64,000 nucleotides of DNA from a virus. Below are positions 55,846-63,881 of the stretch, one piece after another. The translations under genes and the position numbers were made by a program. The stretch is taken from the IMG/VR virus record IMGVR_UViG_3300049171_000092, positions 21,279 through 85,278 of that record; one strand, 5' to 3'. A model generated the notes under the pieces. The model had not been told where the DNA came from. It did no database searches and saw nothing but the letters and a program-made list of their open reading frames with translations. Position 1 is the stretch's first letter; the number at the start of each line of letters is the position of its first letter.

Positions 55846-55931
55846 TCCCGCCGGTGTCGACGCGCTTGAGGTGGCGCGGGCCCGAGTGCGCCTGAAGGCC
55901 CCGCCCGGAAACCGGGCGGGGCCTTCACTGT

Positions 55932-56186
55932 TCAGCCGAGGTAGTCGATGTGTCTGATGTAGACCCGGCGGACGGGTGGCCCCTCGATGATCAGTAAGGC
56001 TGTGGAGGTGAGCCGCAGGAGCAGGAGCCGGCGGACGTCTCGGGGGTCGTCTTCGTCGCGGGGCTTGGTTCGCGCCCAGGGGTCTTCACAGACGGCAACG
56101 AGGGCACGCTCGAATTCGTCGCGTGCCTGTTCCGGGAGGGAGTCCCAGACAGCTTCGGCTGCCTCTGTGTAGCGCAGTTTGTACAC
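55932..56186 (-). CDS. RelE/ParE-like type II toxin (tentative)
   Basis: 84 aa. The pattern MYKLRYTEAAEAVWDSLPEQARDEF..RRVYIRHIDYLG and the small upstream partner gene fit a toxin-antitoxin pair. Confidence 0.5.
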   Translation of the reverse strand: MYKLRYTEAAEAVWDSLPEQARDEFERALVAVCEDPWARTKPRDEDDPRDVRRLLLLRLTSTALLIIEGPPVRRVYIRHIDYLG

Positions 56187-56204
56187 AGGGTAGAGACTGC
56201 CAGG

Positions 56205-56483
56205 TCAGGCTGCTCCGTGTGAGTGGAATCGTTCAGTTGCTCGCTGTAGTCGTTCGCTGCCGTCGATCCACTGGCCGGGGGGTTCCTCGCCGCGCCGCAC
56301 TGCCGCGACCGTGTCGTCGTCGAACGCCGTGTCCAGGTTGCTGGCGATGCGCTGCCATCGTGCGAAGACCGCGAGTAGCTGGTGGGCGGGTGCTCGATTG
56401 ATTTCGGCAAGGAAGCGCTGGGCGAGGTCAGGGCTCCCTAGGGCGTCGCGGATGGACTCGATCGTCCAGGGCTGCTCGCTCAT
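56205..56483 (-). CDS. putative antitoxin (92 aa)
   Basis: Internal ATG (MSEQPWTIES..); lies 18 nt upstream of the toxin gene; palindromic operators upstream. Confidence 0.45.
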   Translation of the reverse strand: MSEQPWTIESIRDALGSPDLAQRFLAEINRAPAHQLLAVFARWQRIASNLDTAFDDDTVAAVRRGEEPPGQWIDGSERLQRATERFHSHGAA

Positions 56484-56552
56484 GGTCGCCTCCGGCCGCG
56501 CCACTTTCACATCTCTCCCGCGCCCACGGTAGCGCACGGCCTAGGCCGCAGT

Positions 56553-56602
56553 GGTGGTACCACCTAGGAACGCTCCTAGGTGGCATCACCTGGCATATGC
56601 CA
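56553..56602. promoter_or_regulatory. operator cluster upstream of the toxin-antitoxin pair
   Basis: GGTGGTACCACC (12-bp palindrome), CCACCTAGG-N6-CCTAGGTGG inverted repeat, and TGGCATATGCCA (12-bp palindrome). Confidence 0.5.
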
Positions 56603-56674
56603 GAGGTCCGCTATCGGTCGAGGGCCCGACGACGATACCCCCGGCCCTCAAATGAGGGGCGGGGCATCGCGTTG

Positions 56675-57463
56675 TCAGCTGTCGCCGTCTGCTTCGACTG
56701 CAGCTCGGTCGTCGATGACGATGCGGACGGGTGTTCCGTCGCCGTGGCCGCGGTGAGGCCGGTCGATGATCTCTTGTACGGCGGTGGTGATCTTCTGGTG
56801 GATGTGGTCGGCGATGGCGCGGGTGACGGGGCTGTCGGCGTTGTGGGCGACGTGGTCGAGGCTGGTGATGGCGGCGACGAGGCTGGGCCCGGAGAAGCGG
56901 ACCTGGACGAACCCGTCGTCGTCGTGGACTTTGCCGGGGATGTGGAAGTGTTGTTCTCGTCCGGCGGTTTGGATGAGGAAGGCCCAGGTGTCGCGGTGGG
57001 CTTCGACGGTGGCGTGGGCGATGCCGGCGGCGGCGCGGAGGATGTCCGGATCGGGTCCGGATGCGGGTTCGGGCGTGGGTTCGGGTGTCGGCTGCTTGAC
57101 GGGCTGCGGCTCGGGTTCGGCGGGCTCCTCTCTGGCGGCCTGCACTTCCGGTGTCGGGGCCGGCGTCTCGCGTAGCCGGGTGTCCAGCTGGCCGAGGGCG
57201 CCGCGGATGGCGAGGAGTTCGCTGCCGATGTTGGCGAGGTGCCCGGTGGCGACGTCGCTGGTGCGATCCAGTGCCCTGCGGGCGACCTCCCGGACCTCGG
57301 CGAGGCCGCTGCTGATGGCCCTCGTGGCGTCCTGGCAGGCCTGGTCGATCATGTGTTGCTGGTCGTTGACCTGCTGCTTTAGAGCGGCGAGGTCTTTACT
57401 GATCTCGCCCAGCTGCTCCGCGATCCGCCCGAGCGTTTCCCGGTCTCCACTACCAAAAGGCAC
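56675..57463 (-). CDS. hypothetical 262-aa protein (N-terminal coiled coil, Pro/Glu-rich linker, C-terminal globular domain)
   Basis: Track ORF. Confidence 0.55.
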   Translation of the reverse strand: MPFGSGDRETLGRIAEQLGEISKDLAALKQQVNDQQHMIDQACQDATRAISSGLAEVREVARRALDRTSDVATGHLANIGSELLAIRGALGQLDTRLRETPAPTPEVQAAREEPAEPEPQPVKQPTPEPTPEPASGPDPDILRAAAGIAHATVEAHRDTWAFLIQTAGREQHFHIPGKVHDDDGFVQVRFSGPSLVAAITSLDHVAHNADSPVTRAIADHIHQKITTAVQEIIDRPHRGHGDGTPVRIVIDDRAAVEADGDS

Positions 57464-57753
57464 GCTTTCCCCCTCATGGTCACGAGTGACCTGGACAGGG
57501 TGATGCGGGGGGAATCCGTCGACAAGAACGCGATCCGGTCAGCGGGTGTGTCGGCCTCCTGGGTTGCCCGCTGATGGTGTCAGGGCTTGGGGTCGGCATG
57601 CTGTCTCCGGTCCGGCCGAGGGGCCGGTGTTGGGGTATTGCGCCCGTATCACGGTGGTGACGGTTCGTGTCGTGCTGGTGACGTGTGCGTGATAGTTGTA
57701 CTCGTGCGGGTGATCACCGCTTCTTTCCATCTGTGGTCCTTACGGGGGTTCTT

Positions 57754-58347
57754 ATGCGTAGGTTCGTTGTGTCTGCTGTCGTTGTCGCTGCGGTCGGTCT
57801 GCTCGCCGGGTGCGGTGGTGAGGAAAGTTCCGACGCGAAGGGTGGCGGCTCGGCCGGGAAGTCGGACATCGATGCCTGCGAGAAGGCGGTGGTCGAGCAG
57901 GTGAAGAAGTCGATGGGCGGGGACAAGGCGGCAAGGGACGCGGAGGAGTTGCCGGCGTCGTGTGCGGGGTTGGATGAGGCGACGAAGGAGAAGATCGCGG
58001 AGAGGGCTGCGAGTGCGGCCATCGCGGACGCCCTGGGCGGGGATGAGAAGGAGTCGTCTCAGGAGCCGGACGCGAAAGCCGACGTGAAGATCACCGGCTG
58101 CAGCAAGGACGAGTTCGGCTATCCGGTGGCGAAGCTCGAGGTCGTCAACTCCACCGATAAGAAGCAGGACATGAACGTGCAGGTGTCCTTCAACGGTGCG
58201 GACGGTACGCGTCTCGCGGAGGGCGGCACGGTCGTGTCCGCGCTGGAGCCGGGGCAGAAGGCGAAGGAGGACGCGATGGGGTTGAAGGAGATCTCGGGCA
58301 AGTTCACGTGCAAGGTCAGCAACGTGGACCGCTGGGAATCCCGGTAA
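57754..58347 (+). CDS. lipoprotein (197 aa)
   Basis: MRRFVVSAVVVAAVGLLAGC signal peptide with an LAGC lipobox; internal ATG of track ORF 57685..58347. Confidence 0.7.
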   Translation: MRRFVVSAVVVAAVGLLAGCGGEESSDAKGGGSAGKSDIDACEKAVVEQVKKSMGGDKAARDAEELPASCAGLDEATKEKIAERAASAAIADALGGDEKESSQEPDAKADVKITGCSKDEFGYPVAKLEVVNSTDKKQDMNVQVSFNGADGTRLAEGGTVVSALEPGQKAKEDAMGLKEISGKFTCKVSNVDRWESR

Positions 58348-58521
58348 CCGGACTGCGGTCCGCATGACTGCTTCGGTGCCGGCGCGCTCGAGGCCGCGTC
58401 ACCCCGCCTCTCGCCCCCGCGCCTGCCGTTCGGCGCGGGGGTTTCGCGTGCGCCTGGTTCGCGCCCTTGTAGCACTGTCGCCCGCCGTCGACCGTGATTG
58501 CGCCGGACGGAGCTGCACTGA

Positions 58522-58779
58522 TTGGGGGCGTGGGTGCGACGCAGGTTGGACGACATGGCGGGGCGATTGCTGCTGCAGCTGGCGGTGGTAGTGCACCGCG
58601 GTATCGCGAATAGGACCGCGGTGAGGGCGTGGAAGCTCCGCCGGAATGAGGTGTTGCGGGCAGCGCACCGGCGGGGCGTGCCGGTCGATGTCCTCGCGGC
58701 CCGGGTGGGGTCGAAGCAGTCGTGGGTGCGGTACGTGATCAAGAATCCGCGGAGGGCTGCGGTTGAGGAGGCCGCGTAG
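58522..58779 (+). CDS. hypothetical basic 85-aa protein (possible HTH)
   Basis: Track ORF. Confidence 0.4.
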   Translation: MGAWVRRRLDDMAGRLLLQLAVVVHRGIANRTAVRAWKLRRNEVLRAAHRRGVPVDVLAARVGSKQSWVRYVIKNPRRAAVEEAA

Positions 58780-58841
58780 ATAGGTGAGCTGGAAGCGTGG
58801 TGCCCCGGCCGTGGGAGTCGGCCGGGGCACTGTGCGTTGTG

Positions 58842-59075
58842 TTATCGGCGGATATTGATGGCGATGCGGATGCCGATGCCGCTGAGGCCTGCGCCGGCGA
58901 GGGTGCTTCCTAGTTCGGTGGAGTGGGTGAGGCCGATGATGGTGCCTGCGATGACGCTTGTGGTGCAGACGGCGAGTTGGGTCCAGGTGAGGGCTTGGGA
59001 TGGTTGGGGCGGGGGTGCGGGCTGTGGTGTTGGTGGGGTGGGTAATTGTGGTGGGGTAGTTTCGGAGGTGGTCAT
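58842..59075 (-). CDS. small Pro-rich membrane protein (77 aa)
   Basis: Internal ATG (MTTSETTPPQL..) with AGAAGGA upstream; C-terminal TM segment. Confidence 0.4.
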   Translation of the reverse strand: MTTSETTPPQLPTPPTPQPAPPPQPSQALTWTQLAVCTTSVIAGTIIGLTHSTELGSTLAGAGLSGIGIRIAINIRR

Positions 59076-59270
59076 GGGTTTCGCTGTCCTTCTGGTTGTT
59101 GTAATTGGTTGGGCGCGTGGCCGTGGCACGGCAGGGGAGTTCTCGACATATGGCTCGTGAGGGTGCCGTCGAGAGCTTCCCTTTGTCGTGTCCGCATTGG
59201 TGGTCACGTTTCGAGACTAGGCCAGTTTTGGGAGCTCTTGGGGAGGGCTGGGCGCTGCATTGATGCTGGT

Positions 59271-59400
59271 CGTGATGGGGTCGCGGGTATCGGTGACGGC
59301 GTCGCGGGGATCTGCGATTTAATCGCAGGGTATTTTTCGTTTCTACAGGTCAGGGCTTTTCGATTTTTCTGATAACGGATTGGTAAAGCTTTTACGTTCT
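59271..59400. other. iteron-like repeats plus an AT-rich tract (ori-like, or a junction of acquired DNA)
   Basis: CGTGATGG; GTCGCGGGTATC and GTCGCGGGGATC 21 bp apart; palindrome CTGCGATTTAATCGCAG; then about 80 bp of unusually AT-rich DNA. Confidence 0.35.
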
Positions 59401-59545
59401 TGCTCGGCGTAGCGGCTGGGCGACAGGGATCGGTGCAGTCGGGGGGCTTCTGCGCGTCCGGGTGGTCTTGGTGTCTTCCGGTTCGGGTGGGGCTGCAGGG
59501 TCAGTAGGGTGCGGTCGTTGTGTCGTCAACCCTGGGGGATCGTTG

Positions 59546-60508
59546 ATGTCTTGGGCTACGCCTGTTACGCCGAGACCTGTACGCCGTTGGTGGCAGCATC
59601 CGGCTCTGGTGATCACGTTGCTGGTGGTGTTACCGCCGGCGGGAATCTTGCTGGTGTGGTTCACGAAGTGGTCGGCGCGGGCGAAGGTGATCGCGTCGGT
59701 GCTGTCGTTGCTGTGGTTCATTCTGATCTTGACGGCGGATCCGGAGGAGCAGGAGCCGGCCGGGGATGCGCGGCCCGCCGCGTCGGCGCCGGTGAGCGCG
59801 TCACCTTCGGCGCCGTCGCCGAGCGGGGCGGGTGTGCCGGATTACACGGGCCGGACGCTGAGGGTGGCGAAGTCCGCGGCCTACGAGGACGGTTACAACG
59901 CGGTGTCGCACGACGCGTCCGATGGGGACGCCGGGCAGTGGGACGACGACAACTGGACCGTGTGTTTCCAGGCGGTGACCGGCGCGTCGAAGACGATCGA
60001 CTTCGGTGTGGTGCGCACGGGCCAGCCGTGCCCGAAGCGGGACGGAGATCCGATCCCGTGGCCAGAGATGCCGGACGTGGTCGGCCTGACGTTCGACAAG
60101 GCGTCGGCGAAGGTCGAGGAACTCGACGTGAAGGAGATCACCGCTGAGGGCGCGTACACGGACGTGACGCCGCCGACCGACCCCGGCTCGTGGAAGGTGT
60201 GCTTCCAGGACCCGGAGGCGGGTGAGCGGGTGGAGTACCCGAAGAACGCGACCGTGACGTTGAAGGTGACGGAGCCGGGGACGGCGTGCCCGAGCGAGGA
60301 GTTCACCGAGTTGCACCCGGACCCGGTAGTGACGGAGGACAGCGATCCGGACTCGGACGGATCGGGTTCTGTCTCGGGTGGCGGGTCGGCGTTCTACCCG
60401 AACTGTGCTGCGGCCAAGGCTGCGAATGCTGCTCCGCTGTATCGGGGGCAGCCGGGTTACCGGTCGGCGCTGGACCGGGATGGTGACGGGATCGCCTGCG
60501 ACCGCTAA
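59546..60508 (+). CDS. membrane-anchored secreted protein with a C-terminal Excalibur Ca-binding domain (320 aa)
   Basis: Two N-terminal TM helices and two repeated ..W.VCFQ.. domains. C-terminus ..NCAAAKAANAAPLYRGQPGYRSALDRDGDGIACDR. Confidence 0.7.
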   Translation: MSWATPVTPRPVRRWWQHPALVITLLVVLPPAGILLVWFTKWSARAKVIASVLSLLWFILILTADPEEQEPAGDARPAASAPVSASPSAPSPSGAGVPDYTGRTLRVAKSAAYEDGYNAVSHDASDGDAGQWDDDNWTVCFQAVTGASKTIDFGVVRTGQPCPKRDGDPIPWPEMPDVVGLTFDKASAKVEELDVKEITAEGAYTDVTPPTDPGSWKVCFQDPEAGERVEYPKNATVTLKVTEPGTACPSEEFTELHPDPVVTEDSDPDSDGSGSVSGGGSAFYPNCAAAKAANAAPLYRGQPGYRSALDRDGDGIACDR

Positions 60509-60530
60509 CCGGACCAAGGTCCGCATAGTC

Positions 60531-60565
60531 GCGCCCCCGCACCTCAATCCGAGGTGCGGGGGCGC
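60531..60565 (+). terminator. strong hairpin terminator
   Basis: GCGCCCCCGCACCTC aatcc GAGGTGCGGGGGCGC, a 15-bp perfect stem. Confidence 0.7.
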
Positions 60566-60695
60566 TGTCGTGTCGGTGGCGTCCGGGTTGTTGAGCCGCT
60601 ATGTTGGCTTCGCCGCCCGCGCCGCAGCGCCGGGCAGGCGCTTCTACGCCGCTGGTCATGGGCCGGGCGAGAGACAACTTCCCTTTGGAGCTGTC

Positions 60696-61154
60696 ATGCC
60701 CGTTGAGACGACCCTGCAGGAATCCCACCGCGCCTACATTCGCGCCGTTGCCGCCGCGCTCACGCAGGCCGGTATCACCGTCACAGACGTCGACTTCTTT
60801 GACGACCTGTGGAACGACACCGATCCTCACCGACGCTGCGGCGTTCACATCGACGTCGTCTCCACGGCCGCCGCATACTCGGGCCGCGAGCTGTGGGTGG
60901 CCTGGAGCGATGAATGCGGCTGGACCCTCTACGTCTTCGCCCCGGCCGCAGACCGTATCGAGTCCGCGCACCCGCTGTGCGCTGAGGTTCTGCCGGCTCC
61001 TGCTGACCTGGTGGCCGCTGTCGTGCCCGCGCTTAGCCAGCGCCCTGCCCCGGTTGGACGCCAGCACCCTGTCCGTCGCTCTAGCGCCGGATTCGACGAG
61101 GCCCTTGAGGATGGGCTCGACACCTACACTCGCAAGTCGGGGCCCACGACTTGA
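60696..61154 (+). CDS. hypothetical 152-aa protein
   Basis: Internal ATG (MPVETTLQES..) of track ORF 60378..61154. Confidence 0.5.
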   Translation: MPVETTLQESHRAYIRAVAAALTQAGITVTDVDFFDDLWNDTDPHRRCGVHIDVVSTAAAYSGRELWVAWSDECGWTLYVFAPAADRIESAHPLCAEVLPAPADLVAAVVPALSQRPAPVGRQHPVRRSSAGFDEALEDGLDTYTRKSGPTT

Positions 61155-61298
61155 CGGCGTGCCTGCAGTAGACGGCGAGCCCCCACCTGCCGGGGCGGCT
61201 CGCCACCCTGGCCGCCGAGAACTGCACCCCGGACGCCTGGGGTGCCTGATGCCCGCCGTCTGGACTGGTCCAGGCGGCGGGCGCTTTGTCGTGCGCGG

Positions 61299-61646
61299 TT
61301 ACAGGTAGGCGCGGCCGGGAAGCGCCGCAGCTTCCTTGCCGGGCCGCATCTCAATCCAGGTGAGGATCGCGGCGACGACGGCGAGGACGGTGATGTACAC
61401 GCCGCCGAAAAAGTCGGGGATGCCTTCGATGGTGTCGTTGCCGACGAGGGCCAGCATCACGACTTCGACGACGACGGCGGCGATGCTGCCGGCGAGGAGA
61501 CCGGTGTCTTTGCGGGTACGGCGGGTGAGCCTCAGGTAGAGGAAGGGGGCGAAGGCGAGGAGGCCGGCGCTGGCGAGGGGGACGAGGGTCCAGGCGATGC
61601 GTTTGATCACGACGTGTTTCCTGTTGATCGGTGGCTGTGAGGGCAT
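61299..61646 (-). CDS. membrane protein (115 aa, 3 TM)
   Basis: Track ORF; hydrophobic helices. Confidence 0.55.
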   Translation of the reverse strand: MPSQPPINRKHVVIKRIAWTLVPLASAGLLAFAPFLYLRLTRRTRKDTGLLAGSIAAVVVEVVMLALVGNDTIEGIPDFFGGVYITVLAVVAAILTWIEMRPGKEAAALPGRAYL

Positions 61647-61718
61647 CTTGTCGTGTGGGCCGCCACCGCGAACGCACGGTGATCATTCTGTTACAGGGGT
61701 GGGCAACTCCCCCACTCG

Positions 61719-61880
61719 TCAGGGCTGTCGGCCTGACCGTCGGCGGTGGCCGGCGCGTGCGGCGGTGAGGTACCGGTACATCTCAGTCTGCCGCTGCATC
61801 CTGCGGGTCACGTGCCCGCTCCACAGGACGTAGATCAGGGCAATGACGCTGACGGCGAGGGCGATGAAGGACAGGATCAC
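61719..61880 (-). CDS. 53-aa single-TM protein
   Basis: GTG with an AAGGAG SD; GTGA overlap with the upstream stop. Confidence 0.45.
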   Translation of the reverse strand: MILSFIALAVSVIALIYVLWSGHVTRRMQRQTEMYRYLTAARAGHRRRSGRQP

Positions 61881-62071
61881 GACGGCTTCTCCTTGGTGCG
61901 GGGCAGGTGGTCGGTGAGGTGCTGGCTGTAGGCGGCGAGGCCGCGGGCGAAGAGGACGCCCCAGCCGTCGGGGTCGGCGGCGTCCCATTCCTCGCCGAGG
62001 TCTTGCAGGACTGACCAGTAGGCACGGCAGGAGTCGCACCGGCTGGTGGACTCCTTCCGCTGCCATGTCAC
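61877..62071 (-). CDS. hypothetical 64-aa protein
   Basis: GTGA overlaps at both ends. Confidence 0.45.
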   Translation of the reverse strand: MTWQRKESTSRCDSCRAYWSVLQDLGEEWDAADPDGWGVLFARGLAAYSQHLTDHLPRTKEKPS

Positions 62072-62349
62072 GGCTGCTCCTTGCTGCGGGGCTTCTTGGT
62101 GCGGAGGAGCCGGACGGGCCGCACGTCCCGGCTGCCGTCCGCCCTCTCGACGAGGACGTTCCGCGGCGCGTCCCGGCCGAGGGTGAGATGCGGGAAGGGA
62201 ACGTCCGGCGGCGGGCCGGGGACCGCGTACCGGGTGCGGACGACGACCGGCTCCCAGATGCCAGGGCCGCGGTTCTCCCAGTAGGTGCGCGGCTCCGGTT
62301 CCGGTTCGGCGGCGGGAATGTCGAGGAGGGCGAGCTGCTCGGCGGTCAT
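62068..62349 (-). CDS. hypothetical 93-aa protein
   Basis: ATGA overlap with the upstream stop. Confidence 0.5.
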   Translation of the reverse strand: MTAEQLALLDIPAAEPEPEPRTYWENRGPGIWEPVVVRTRYAVPGPPPDVPFPHLTLGRDAPRNVLVERADGSRDVRPVRLLRTKKPRSKEQP

Positions 62350-62771
62350 GCGGTCCACCTCCGGACCGGGATGCCGGCCTGCTCGGCGAGGTGGGCGCAG
62401 TGGCTTGCCCCGTGGCTGGGGTGCGGGTCGGGGCGGTGGCAACGCGGCCTGGTGCAGGAGCCGATGAAGGCGAAGCACGCGTCCGCCCCGAGGCTGACCA
62501 TGTGTTTGTTCCGGAACGGCCCGCAGGCTGGCCAGGGTCCGAAGTCCCGTGCTGGATGACGTTCGATGGTGACGCCGGTGGTGAACTGTCCGGTGATCGC
62601 GGCCCAGTCGGCTGCCTGAGCGTCGGCCCCGGTCGGGCAGGCACCATGCACGACGACCAGCGGCCGACCGGAGGGGAGGAGCTCGGCGCGGACGTCGTTG
62701 AGCGCCGCCCACACCACGCCCGAGGTCGGCCAATCCCGGCTGCCGGTGACGAGAACCCGGTAGGGCGTCAC
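62346..62771 (-). CDS. SLOG-fold (DUF2493/YspA-like) protein
   Basis: MTPYRVLVTGSRDW..VVVHGACPTGADAQAADWA.. signature. Confidence 0.6.
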   Translation of the reverse strand: MTPYRVLVTGSRDWPTSGVVWAALNDVRAELLPSGRPLVVVHGACPTGADAQAADWAAITGQFTTGVTIERHPARDFGPWPACGPFRNKHMVSLGADACFAFIGSCTRPRCHRPDPHPSHGASHCAHLAEQAGIPVRRWTA

Positions 62772-63361
62772 GCTGCCTCCTCAAGGTGGATGGCGAGCTT
62801 CTGCCCAACAAGGGCGAGGAGTTGTTCGGCTCGCTGCAGGCTGAGGGTGGATCCGCCGGACAGCATCATGTGCAGGTGTTTGGTGCTGAGACCGAGGCGT
62901 CGGGCGGCTTCGGCTTGGGTGAGGCCGGCGGTGGTGAGGGCGTGGCGGGTGAGGTGGCGTAGCTGGTCCTCGAGACCACTCGCTGGTTCCGGCAGAGGGC
63001 TGCCGTGCGGGGTCGCGGGCTGGTGGCGTCCGCGTTCGGTGAGCTGGTAGAAGCGGCGTGGCGGCCGGCCGGGGTGGGGGCTGTCCTCGAGCCAGGCTTC
63101 GACCCAGCCGTGCCCGTGGAGCCGGTTCAGGATCGGGTAGATCGTGCCGGACTTCAGGCCGGTAATGCGGCAAATCTCGAACCCCCAGACAGGCTGGCCT
63201 GCGTCGCGGAGAGCGGCGAGGACCAGCCGGGTCGGAGTCGTGAGACGGAACGGGGCGGGCTCGGTCGCTTCGGGCGCTGCCGGGGTCGCCGTCTGCCGGG
63301 CCTCCCGCTCGGTCTGCTGCCGGCGGGCCCAGTCGATGGGCCCGCGGGGCTGGTCGTTCAT
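62768..63361 (-). CDS. PadR-type wHTH fused to an XRE-type HTH regulator (197 aa)
   Basis: ..GFEICRITGLKSGTIYPILNRLHGHGWVEAW..RRFYQLTERG.. then ..LTQAEAARRLGLSTKHLHMMLSG... ATGA overlap upstream. Confidence 0.65.
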   Translation of the reverse strand: MNDQPRGPIDWARRQQTEREARQTATPAAPEATEPAPFRLTTPTRLVLAALRDAGQPVWGFEICRITGLKSGTIYPILNRLHGHGWVEAWLEDSPHPGRPPRRFYQLTERGRHQPATPHGSPLPEPASGLEDQLRHLTRHALTTAGLTQAEAARRLGLSTKHLHMMLSGGSTLSLQRAEQLLALVGQKLAIHLEEAA

Positions 63362-63684
63362 GCGGCTTCCTTCCGGGAGTTGCGGCGTTCGTTGCGGTAG
63401 GCGCGCTCCCCCGCCTTGCACAGGTCGCAGGGGCCCTCGCCGCGGTACAGGTGGGCGGCGTAGCCGGCGTGATCGCCGTGGCGTTCCCGGCGGAGGATCC
63501 CGGCCTGCCAGGCGAGGTGCACGGCGTTGGTGATGTTGACGGCGTCTAGGCGGTGGCAAATGACCCGCTCGTGGTAGTCGACGGTGCTGACCGCGATGTT
63601 CAGCTTCGCGGCGATCTGTGGGCCGCTGTGGCCGTCGGCGCGCAGACGCAGAATCGCGAGCTGCCGGTCAGAAAACGTGGTCAC
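63358..63684 (-). CDS. LuxR/GerE-type HTH protein (108 aa)
   Basis: ..LSDRQLAILRLRADGHSGPQIAAKLNIAVSTVDYHERVICHRL.. Confidence 0.65.
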   Translation of the reverse strand: MTTFSDRQLAILRLRADGHSGPQIAAKLNIAVSTVDYHERVICHRLDAVNITNAVHLAWQAGILRRERHGDHAGYAAHLYRGEGPCDLCKAGERAYRNERRNSRKEAA

Positions 63685-63881
63685 AACGTCCTCCCGGGCT
63701 GCTTGCGGGGGGCGGCGAGTCGCCCTTCACGGATGGCTTTCTGCCTCAGGGCTTCCTCGATGACCCGGGCAGGGACCAGGCCGGGGAAGCAGTCACGCAG
63801 GAGGCGTTCGGTGGTCGGGCTCAGGTAGCGGCGGCGGCCCGGCTTCTTCGGCAGATTCGCGGCCGGCTTCGCAGGGTTCAC
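63681..63881 (-). CDS. hypothetical basic 66-aa protein
   Basis: Track ORF; 4-nt overlap with the downstream gene. Confidence 0.4.
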   Translation of the reverse strand: MNPAKPAANLPKKPGRRRYLSPTTERLLRDCFPGLVPARVIEEALRQKAIREGRLAAPRKQPGRTL

